Source: Auanema rhodensis (Eukaryota; Animalia; Nematoda). Taken from it: 64,000 nucleotides of DNA. Below are positions 54,530 through 64,000 of the stretch, piece by piece. Numbering within the stretch: the stretch's first letter is position 1; the number at the start of each line of letters is the position of its first letter. The notes beneath the pieces are model-generated. The model ran no database searches. It was given only the letters and a program-made list of their open reading frames with translations, and was not told where the DNA came from. The position numbers were made by a program, and so were the translations under genes. The stretch lies in NCBI GenBank assembly GCA_964057225.1, contig OZ059895.1:18972001-19036000 (forward strand), read 5' to 3'.

Positions 54530-55865
54530 AAGAACCGAAGAGTCCAGGAGGAACCGAAGAGCCGAGGAAGAACCGAAGAGTCCAGGAATCACCGAAGAGC
54601 CGAGGAAGAACCGAAGAGTCCAGGATAAACCCAAGAGCCGAGGAAGAACCGAAGAGTCCAGTAGGAACCGAAGCGCTAAGGGAGAGCCGAAAGGTTCAGG
54701 AACAACCAAAGAGCCGTAGAAGAGTCGAGGAAGAACCGAAGAGTCCAGGAGGAACCGAAGAGTCCTGGAAAAACCGAAGAGTCCAGGAGGAACCGAAGAG
54801 TCAGGAGAAACCGAAGAGCCGAGGAAGAAGAGAAGAGTCAGGAGAAACCGAAGAGCCGAGGAAGAAGAGAAGAGTCCAGGAATCACCGAAGAGCCGAGGA
54901 ACCGAAGAGTCCAGGAGGAACCGAAGAGTCCAGGATAAACCGAAGAGCCGAGGAAGAACCGAATAGTTCAGGATAAATACAAGAGCCGATGAAGAACCGA
55001 AGAGTCCAGGAGAAACCAAAGAGCCGAGGAAGAACCGAAGAGCCGAGGAGAAACCGAAGAGTGCAGGAGAAAGCGACGAGCAGAGGAAGAGCCGTAGAGC
55101 CGAGGAGGAACCGAAGAGTCCAGGAAAAACCGAAGAGCCCAGGAAGAATCGAAGAGTCCAGGAGAAACCGAAGATGCAGAGGAAGAGCCGAAGAGCCGAT
55201 GAAGAACCGAAGAGTCCAGGAGAAACCAAAGAGCCGAGGAGGAACCGAAGAGTCCAGGAAAACCCGAAGAGTCCAGGAGAGAGCGACAAGCAGAGGAAGA
55301 GCCGAAGATCCGAGGAGGAACCGAAGAGTCCAGGAAAAACCGAAGAGCCCAGGAAGAATCGAAGAGTCCAGGAGAAACCGAAGATGCAGAGGAAGAGCCG
55401 AAGAGCCGAGGAAGAACCGAAGAGCCGAGGAAGAACCGGAAGAACCGAAGAGTCCAGTAGGAACCGAAGAGCCGAAGAGCCGAAGAGCCGAGGAAGAACC
55501 GAAGAGTCCAGGAGAAAGCGACAAGCAGAGGAAGAGCCGAAGAGCCGAGGAAGAACCGAAGAGTCCAGGATAAACCGAAGAACCGAGGAAGAACCGAAGA
55601 GTCCAGTAGGAACCGAAGAGCCGAGGAAGAAGCGAAGAGTCCAGGATAAACCCAAGAGCGAAAAGGTTCAGGAACAACCAAAGAGCCGTAGAAGAGTCGA
55701 GGAAGAACCGAAGAGTCCAGGAGGAACCGAAAAGACGAGAAACAAGAAGAAGAACCGAAGAGTCCAGGAGGAACCGAATGGTCCAGGAACAACCAAAGAT
55801 CCGAAGAGTCGAAGAAGATCTGCGGAGGAACTGAAAGAGTCCAGGAGAGGCCCAAGAAGTCCGAA
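54530..55865 (+). repeat. Purine-rich scrambled repeat, left block
   Basis: Irregular concatenation of AACCGAAGAG / TCCAGGA / CCGAGGA modules; more degenerate near 55670-55865. Confidence 0.92.
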
Positions 55866-56157
55866 AAATATGATCCTTTGTCCAGAAAGCTTATAGTTCA
55901 GGATATCCGTAGTTCCGAGTTCTGTAAATTTCAAGACTACGAATATATCATGTTTTTTTTAATTCCATACCATGTTTTTTCCCCAGTACTTCGAAGTTTG
56001 AAAAGCGCAGGAGCTGTTGACCGTAATGCCAGCTGTTGCAGTCTTCCTTCTGCAGAACTATCATATAGAAGTTATTTTTTCAGTTGATCTTATGGAATTT
56101 CTGAGAATAAGCTTATAAATGAAAGCTTCAAGTTAAATAATAAATTACCTTGCTCAT
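55668..56157 (-). CDS. Putative 3-exon ORF (about 113 aa) whose last exon runs into the scrambled repeat
   Basis: Exons 56157-56149 (MSK), 56049-55971 (KEDCNSWHYGQQLLRFSNFEVLGKKH) and 55921-55668 (ELGTTDILNYKLSGQRIIFFGLLGP...). Junctions are GT-AG and phase-consistent; TATATAA and TTTCAG lie upstream. No recognisable homology. Confidence 0.4.
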
Positions 56158-57110
56158 TCTGTTGTTTTTCCGCGAGTACGGCAGAGCTGACACAGGACTG
56201 CAGTCTGAAGAGCTCAGAAGCTGTCGACCTATTCGGACGGCGACAGTCGGAGAAATGATTGTCAACTGAAAAAAATTTGCTTATATACCCTTTGACGGAC
56301 AGACCACGTAAACCACGTTTACGTAAGATTTTGAAAATTTCAAAAACAAAAACCGGCTGTACACGATTTGAAAATTACAAGAAATGAAAGAAAATTATGT
56401 AAAATAAATGTTTTAATTCAGATTTTAATCAATTATATTATATTTTTAAAATTATTATATTGTTTTATACTTTTTTATACTGTTTAAAAATATAAAATAA
56501 TTTTATATAATAAATATTGTTAACTGAATAATTGTTTTTCATTTATTTTAAACTGGAAATCATTAATAAACATTTGAATAATTTGAAACATATAAAGATT
56601 AAGATAATTAATTATAATTTAATGATAGAATCAACATAATAATTATTAACAAATGCCTAACCCACTCCTCCTTTATTCTAATTTAGCGCGCTTGTGTGAA
56701 TTTGTTTAATAAATTTTATGCTTAAAAAGTTCTTTAATGATAATGTTTTTGAAAGAAACTATAGGCAGTGCATACGATTAAGCCTAGAATTGTACTTGAC
56801 AGTACTAAATAATTTCTGATATGTTAGACTTACACCCCCCCCCCCCCCCCTTCTTTAATTTTATACATTTGAATCACTCGCACAATCGCTTCTTTTCACA
56901 TAGAAATTTATAGTAAAATTTATATAAATATTGAAATAAAATTGAAAAAGTATTTGTATTTGAATTTTTAATATGATAAATGAATTTTATACATTTGAAT
57001 CCAAGTTATGATGTTTATCAGTGGAGCGCGACTTATCGAGTATTGTATTTTTTCTAGTATAATTTCACTAAAACGTATAATTAGCTGAAATAAATCAAGT
57101 AGTACGGAAC
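55972..57110. repeat. Left arm of the large inverted repeat
   Basis: Near-identical reverse complement of 58337-60098 once the extra tandem units are removed. Confidence 0.95.
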
Positions 57111-57417
57111 TTGTAAATATATAATCGAACCTGTAGAACCAGAAAAACTGACAGAAATTTGAAAATATCGTCATTTCAACAAGATATGACACCTTGAACA
57201 TAGTTCTTCTTAGTGAACCTTTATTGCCTTATGGTTTATATGATATAACGATTTTTTATTTTGTCATATAGTTACCTTTTATATGAAAATGTGGTCAATA
57301 GCCGAAAGGATAAGATGACAGACTGGCACTCCAACGGTCCAAGATCGAATCCCACAGGATACGGATCAGAGCATAAGGTAAGACAAAGATTACAGAGGCG
57401 GCAACGGAACCCGAGGT

Positions 57418-57563
57418 CCAGGAACCCGAAGGCCAGGAATCCGGAAGAAGAGGGCCAGGAACCCGAAGGCCAGGAATCCGGAAGAAGAGGGCCAGGAACC
57501 CGAAGGCCAGGAATCCGGAAGAAGAGGGCCAGGAACCCGAAGGCCAGGAATCCGGAAGAAGAG
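57418..57563 (+). repeat. 37-bp minisatellite, 4 copies
   Basis: CCAGGAACCCGAAGGCCAGGAATCCGGAAGAAGAGGG. Confidence 0.92.
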
Positions 57564-58312
57564 GACCAGAAGCCGAGGAGGACCAGAAGACGCGAGGATC
57601 AGAAGCCGAGGAGGACCAGAAGACGCGAGGATCAGAAGCCGAGGAGGACCAGAAGACGCGAGGATCAGAAGCCGAGGAGGACCAGAAGACGCGAGGATCA
57701 GAAGCCGAGGAGGACCAGAAGACGCGAGGATCAGAAGCCGAGGAGGACCAGAAGACGCGAGGATCAGAAGCCGAGGAGGACCAGAAGACGCGAGGATCAG
57801 AAGCCGAGGAGGACCAGAAGACGCGAGGATCAGAAGCCGAGGAGGACCAGAAGACGGGAGGATCAGAAGCCGAGGAGGACCAGAAGACGGGAGAATCAGA
57901 AGCCGAGGAGGACCAGAAGACGGGAGAATCAGAAGACGCGAGAATCAGAAGCCGAGGAGGACCAGAAGACGCGAGAATCAGAAGCCGAGGAGGACCAGAA
58001 GACGGGAGAATCAGAAGCCGAGGAGGACCAGAAGACGGGAGAATCAGAAGCCGAGGAGGACCAGAAGACGGGAGAATCAGAAGCCGAGGAGGACCAGAAG
58101 ACGGGAGAATCAGAAGCCGAGGAGGACCAGAAGACGGGAGAATCAGAAGCCGAGGAGGACCAGAAGACGGGAGAATCAGAAGCCGAGGAGGACCAGAAGA
58201 CGCGAGGATCAGAAGCCGAGGAGGACCAGAAGACGCGAGGATCAGAAGCCGAGGAGGACCAGAAGACGCGAGGATCAGAAGCCGAGGAGGACCAGAAGAC
58301 GCGAGGATCAGA
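57564..58312 (+). repeat. 33-bp minisatellite (17+16 sub-repeats), about 23 copies
   Basis: GACCAGAAGACGCGAGGATCAGAAGCCGAGGAG, with a block of GGGAGAATC variants. Confidence 0.95.
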
Positions 58313-58336
58313 GGTTTTTCAAGTTTACTATATTTG

Positions 58337-60098
58337 GTTCCGTAATACTTGATTTATTTCAGCTAATTATACGTTTTAGTGAAATTATACTAGAAAAAAT
58401 ACAATACTCGATAAGTCGCGCTCCACTGATAAACATCATAACTTGGATTCAAATGTATAAAATTCATTTATCATATTAAAAATTCAAATACAAATACTTT
58501 TTCAATTTTATTTCAATATTTATATAAATTTTACTATAAATTTCTATGTGAAAAGAAGCGATTGTGCGAGTGATTCAAATGTATAAAATTAAAGAAGGGG
58601 GGGGGGGTGTAAGTCTAACATATCAGAAATTATTTAGTACTGTCAAGTACAATTCTAGGCTTAATCGTATGCACTGCCTATAGTTTCTTTCAAAAACATT
58701 ATCATTAAAGAACTTTTTAAGCATAAAATTTATTAAACAAATTCACACAAGCGCGCTAAATTAGAATAAAGGAGGAGTGGGTTAGGCATTTGTTAATAAT
58801 TATTATGTTGATTCTATCATTAAATTATAATTAATTATCTTAATCTTTATATGTTTCAAATTATTCAAATGTTTATTAATGATTTCCAGTTTAAAATAAA
58901 TGAAAAACAATTATTCAGTTAACAATATTTATTATATAAAATTATTTTATATTTTTAAACAGTATAAAAAAGTATAAAACAATATAATAATTTTAAAAAT
59001 ATAATATAATTGATTAAAATCTGAATTAAAACATTTATTTTACATAATTTTCTTTCATTTCTCGTAATTTTCAAATCGTGTACAGCCGGTTTTTGTTTTT
59101 GAAATTTTCAAAATCTTACGTAAACGTGGTTTACGTGGTCTGTCCGTCAAAGGGTATATAAGCAAATTTTTTTCAGTTGACAATCATTTCTCCGACTGTC
59201 GCCGTCCGAATAGGTCGACAGCTTCTGAGCTCTTCAGACTGCAGTCCTGTGTCAGCTCTGAAGTACTCGCGGAAAAACAAAAGAATGAGCAAGGTAATTT
59301 ATTATTTAACTTGAAGCTTTCATTTATAAGCTTATTCTCAGAAATTCCATAAGAACAACTGAAAAAAATAACTTCTATATGATAGTTCTGCAGAAGGAAG
59401 ACTGGAACAACTGGCATTACGGTCAACAGCTCCTGCGCTTTTCAAACTTCGAAGTCCTTTGACAGCTCTGCCGTACTCGCGGAAAAACAACAGAATGAGC
59501 AAGGTAATTTATTATTTAACTTGATGCTTTCATTTATAAGCTTATTCTCAGAAATTCCATAAGATCAACTGAAAAAATAACTTCTATATGATAGTTCTGC
59601 AGAAGGAAGACTGGAACAACTGGCATTACGGTCAACAGTTCCTGCGCTTTTCAAACTTCGAAGTCCTTTGACAGCTCTGCCGTACTCGCGGAAAAACAAA
59701 AGAATGAGCAAGGTAATTTATTATTTAACTTGAAGCTTTCATTTATAAGCTTATTCTCAGAAATTCCATAAGATCAACTGAAAAAATAACTTCTATATGA
59801 TAGTTCTGCAGAAGGAAGACTGCAACAACTGGCATTACGGTCAACAGCTCCTGCGCTTTTCAAACTTCGAAGTCCTTTGACAGCTCTGCCGTACTAGCGG
59901 AAAAACAACAGAATGAGCAAGGTAATTTATTATTTAACTTGAAGCTTTCATTTATAAGCTTATTCTCAGAAATTCCATAAGATCAACTGAAAAAATAACT
60001 TCTATATGATAGTTCTGCAGAAGGAAGACTGCAACAGCTGGCATTACGGTCAACAGCTCCTGCTCTTTTCAAACTCCGAAGTACTGGGGGAAAAACAT
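58337..60098. repeat. Right arm of the large inverted repeat, including a 4x tandem expansion
   Basis: Reverse complement of 55972-57110. Confidence 0.95.
59253..60082 (+). repeat. About 209-bp tandem repeat, 4 copies, each containing an exon-intron-exon segment
   Basis: The CT(C/A)GCGGAAAAACAA anchor occurs at 59266, 59476, 59685 and 59894; the left arm has a single copy. Confidence 0.93.
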
Positions 60099-62129
60099 TG
60101 TTCCTGGACCTTTCGGCTCTCCCTTAGCGCTTCGGTTCCTACTGGACTCTTCGGTTCTTCATCGGTTCTTGTATTTATCCTGGACTCTTCGGTTCTTCCT
60201 CCGCTCTTCGGTTTATCCTGGACTCTTCGGTTTATCCTGGACTCTTCGGTTCCTCCTGGACTCTTCGGTGATTCCTGGACTCTTCGGTTCTTCCTCGGCT
60301 CTTCGGTTTATCCTGGACTCTTCGGTTCTTCATCGGCTCTTGTATTTATCCTGGAATCTTCGGTTCCTACTGGACTCTTCGGTTTTTCATCGGCTCTTGT
60401 ATTTATCCTCGGCTCTTCGGCTCTTCCTCTGCTTGTCGCTTTCTCCTGGACTCTTCGGTTTCTCCTCGGCTCTTCGGTTCTTCCTCGGCTCTTCGGTTTA
60501 TCCTGAACTCTTCGGTTCCTCCTGGACTCTTCGGCTCTTCGGTGATTCCTGGACTCTTCGCTTCTTCCTCGGCTCTTCGGTTTATCCTGAACTCTTCGGT
60601 TCCTCCTGGACTCTTCGGTTCCTCGGCTCTTCGGTTCTTCCTCGGCTCTTTGGTTTCTCCTGGACTCTTCGGTTCTTCATCGGCTCTTGTATTTATCCTG
60701 GACTCTTCGGTTCTTCCTCGGCTTGTCGCTTTCTCCTGGACTCTTCGGTTTCTCCTGGACTCTTCGGTTTCTCCTGGACTCTTCGGTTCCTCCTCGGCTC
60801 TTCGGTTCTTCCTCGGCTCTTCGGTTTATCCTGGACTCTTGGGTTCCTCCTGGACTCTTCGGTTTATCCTGGACTCTTCGGTTCCTCCTGGATTCTTCGG
60901 TTCCTCCTAGACTCTTCGCTTCTTCCTCGGCTCTTCGGTTCTTCCTCGGCTCTTTGGTTTCTCCTGGACTCTTCGGTTCTTCATCGGCTCTTGTATTTAT
61001 CCTGGACTCTTCGGTTCTCCTCGGCTTGTCGCTTTCTCCTGGACTCTTCGGTTTCTCCTGGACTCTTCGATTCTTCCTGGGCTCTTCGGTTTTTCCAGCA
61101 CTCTTCGGTTCCTCCTCGGCTCTTCGGTTCTTCCTCGGCTCTTCGGTTTATCCTGAACTCTTCGGTTCCTCCTGGACTCTTTGGTTTCTCCTGGACTCTT
61201 CGGTTTCTCCTGGACTCTTCGGTTCTTCATCGGCTCTTGTATTTATCCTGGACTCTTCGCTTCTTCCTCGGCTCTTCGGTTTCTCCTGACTCTTCGGTTC
61301 CTCCTGGACTCTTCGGTTCTTCCTGGCTCTTCGGCTCTTCGGTGATTCCTGGACTCTTCGCTTCTTCCTCGGCTCTTCGGTTTCTCCTGGACTCATCGGT
61401 TCCTCCTGGACTCTTCGGTTTCTCCTGGACTCTTCGGTTCTTCCTCGGCTCTACGGCTCTTCCTCTGCTCGTCGCTTTCTCCTGCACTCTTCGGTTCCTC
61501 CTGGACTCTTCGGTGATTCCTGGACTCTTCGGTTCTTCCTCGGCTCTTTGGTTTCTCCTGGACTTTTCGGTTCCTCCTCGGCTCTACGGCTCTTCCTCGG
61601 CTCTACGGCTCTTCCTCTGCTTGTCGCTCTCTCCTGTGCCTGGTGAATGTCCCTTTTTCTCAAAAATCATCAACTAAAATCAAATAAAAATAATCTGAGG
61701 TTGGGTATTCAGATGGGTAGAATCTGAAATTCCTATTTTTCCTGGACTCTTCGCTTCTTCCTCGGCTCTTCGGTTTCTCCTGACTCTTCGGTTCCTCCTG
61801 GACTCTTCGGTTCTTCCTGGCTCTTCGGCTCTTCGGTGATTCCTGGACTCTTCGCTTCTTCCTCGGCTCTTCGGTTTCTCCTGGACTCATCGGTTCCTCC
61901 TGGACTCTTCGGTTTCTCCTGGACTCTTCGGTTCTTCCTCGGCTCTACGGCTCTTCCTCTGCTCGTCGCTTTCTCCTGCACTCTTCGGTTCCTCCTGGAC
62001 TCTTCGGTGATTCCTGGACTCTTCGGTTCTTCCTCGGCTCTTTGGTTTCTCCTGGACTTTTCGGTTCCTCCTCGGCTCTACGGCTCTTCCTCGGCTCTAC
62101 GGCTCTTCCTCTGCTTGTCGCTCTCTCCT
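60098..62129 (-). repeat. Purine-rich scrambled repeat, right block (inverted orientation)
   Basis: CTCTTCGGTT / TCCTGGA / TCCTCGG modules are the reverse complement of the left block. Confidence 0.92.
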
Positions 62130-64000
62130 GTGCCTGGTGAATGTCCCTTTTTCTCAAAAATCATCAACTAAAATCAAATAAAAATAATCTGTGGTTGGGT
62201 ATTCAGATGTGTAGAATCTGAAATTCCTAGTGAGATTTGCCTAGGACTTCTCCTTATTCCGGAAAACAGGTTTATATCGTGCCCATCCATAAGATTTGTT
62301 CACAAAAAGTTCAGGCTCTATTCACGTTGTGCCTGGTGAATGTCCCTTTTTCTCAAAAATCATCAACTAAAATCAAATAAAAATAATCTGAGGTTGGGTA
62401 TTCAGATGGGTAGAATCTGAAATTCCTAGTGAGATTCGGATAGGACTTCTCTTTTTTCCGGAAAAGAGGTTTATATCGTGCCCATCCATAAGATTTGTTC
62501 ACAAAAAGTTCAGGCTCTATTCACGTTGTGTCTGGTGAATGTCCCTTTTTCTCAAAAATCATCAACTAAAATCAAATAAAAATAATCTGAGGTTGGGTAT
62601 TCAGATGGGTAGAATCTGAAATTCCTAGTGAGATTCGGATAGGACTTCTCTTTTTTCCGGAAAAGAGGTTTATATCGTGCCCATCCATAAGATTTGTTCA
62701 CAAAAAGTTCAGGCTCTATTCACGTTGTGCCTGGTGAATGTCCCTTTTTCTCAAAAATCATCAACTAAAATCAAATAAAAATAATCTGTGGTTGGGTATT
62801 CAGATGGGTAGAATCTGAAATTCCTAGTGAGATTCGGATAGGACTTCTCTTTTTTCCGGAAAAGAGGTTTATATCGTGCCCATCCATAAGATTTGTTCAC
62901 AAAAAGTTCAGGCTCTATTCACGTTGTGCCTGGTGAATGTCCCTTTTTCTCAAAAATCAATAACTAAAATCAAATAAAAATAATCTGTGGTTGGGTATTC
63001 AGATGTGTAGAATCTGAAATTCCTAGTGAGATTTGCCTAGGACTTCTCCTTATTCCGGAAAACAGGTTTATATCGTGCCCATCCATAAGATTTGTTCACA
63101 AAAAGTTCAGGCTCTATTCACGTTGTGCCTGGTGAATGTCCCTTTTTCTCAAAAATCATCAACTAAAATCAAATAAAAATAATCTGTGGTTTGGTATTCA
63201 GATGTGTAGAATCTGAAATTCCTAGTGAGATTTGCCTAGGACTTCTCCTTATTCCGGAAAACAGGTTTATATCGTGCCCATCCATAAGATTTGTTCACAA
63301 AAAGTTCAGGCTCTATTCACGTTGTGCCTGGTGAATGTCCCTTTTTCTTGAAAATCATCAACTAAAATCAAATAAAAATAATCTGAGGTTGGGTATTCAG
63401 ATGGGTAGAATCTGAAATTCCTAGTGAGATTCGGATAGGACTTCTCTTTTTTCCGGAAAAGAGGTTTATATCGTGCCCATCCATAAGATTTGTTCACAAA
63501 AAGTTCAGGCTCTATTCACGTTGTGCCTGGTGAATGTCCCTTTTTCTCAAAAATCATCAACTAAAATCAAATAAAAATAATCTGAGGTTGGGTATTCAGA
63601 TGGGTAGAATCTGAAATTCCTAGTGAGATTCGGATAGGACTTCTCTTTTTTCCGGAAAAGAGGTTTATATCGTGCCCATCCATAAGATTTGTTCACAAAA
63701 AGTTCAGGCTCTATTCACGTTGTGCCTGGTGAATGTCCCTTTTTCTCAAAAATCAATAACTAAAATCAAATAAAAATAATCTGTGGTTGGGTATTCAGAT
63801 GTGTAGAATCTGAAATTCCTAGTGAGATTCGGATAGGACTTCTCTTTTTTCCGGAAAAGAGGTTTATATCGTGCCCATCCATAAGATTTGTTCACAAAAA
63901 GTTCAGGCTCTATTCACGTTGTGCCTGGTGAATGTCCCTTTTTCTCAAAAATCAATAACTAAAATCAAATAAAAATAATCTGTGGTTTGGTATTCAGATG
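62129..64000 (-). repeat. 199-bp satellite in inverted orientation, more than 9 monomers, running off the window
   Basis: Reverse complement of the 44405-50518 monomer. An extra ~98-bp fragment lies at 61635-61734. Confidence 0.97.

Noticed and set aside
54401-55896. Long overlapping ORFs on both strands (FGSSWTLRF and EEPKSRRNRR types)
   Set aside because: They are by-products of a T-poor/A-poor repeat that is open in most frames; there is no independent coding evidence
54530-58312. CRISPR-like appearance of short recurring motifs
   Set aside because: No constant repeat with unique spacers, no cas genes, and a eukaryotic context
58780-58790. TTAGGC telomere-like hexamer
   Set aside because: Isolated copy; there is no telomeric array in the window
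60169-62171. 502-aa and other hydrophobic ORFs
   Set aside because: Same repeat in reverse orientation, with several frames open at once

Overview
AT-rich nematode genomic DNA (probably a clade V rhabditid, judged from ~50-nt GT-AG introns, TTTCAG acceptors and an Srx-type chemoreceptor). The window has two halves. Positions 1-44,400 are an ordinary gene-rich region. It holds an unknown Ser/Thr-rich gene, two tandem Ctr/SLC31 copper transporters, an F-box gene, a PAQR/MMD-like gene, an unknown gene head-to-head with topoisomerase I, an MROH1/HPO-27-like HEAT-repeat gene, a two-Ig-domain protein, a GT10 fucosyltransferase with a 6-nt micro-exon, and an Srx-type GPCR. Positions 44,400-64,000 form a mirror-symmetric repeat domain: 200-bp satellite > purine-rich scrambled repeat > 1.1-kb unique arm > 37/33-bp minisatellite core < arm < scrambled repeat < satellite. 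Inserted in the left scrambled repeat is a 3,648-bp non-autonomous Maverick/Polinton with AGTAGT termini, ~150-bp TIRs and a 6-bp TSD (AAGAAC). It keeps a pPolB C-terminal fragment, an adenain-type protease and a Rho_N/HeH-like ORF. It also has a nested internal palindrome and an intact 7-exon, 144-aa host-like cargo gene that the ORF track misses. All gene models were spliced by hand; no database search was run.
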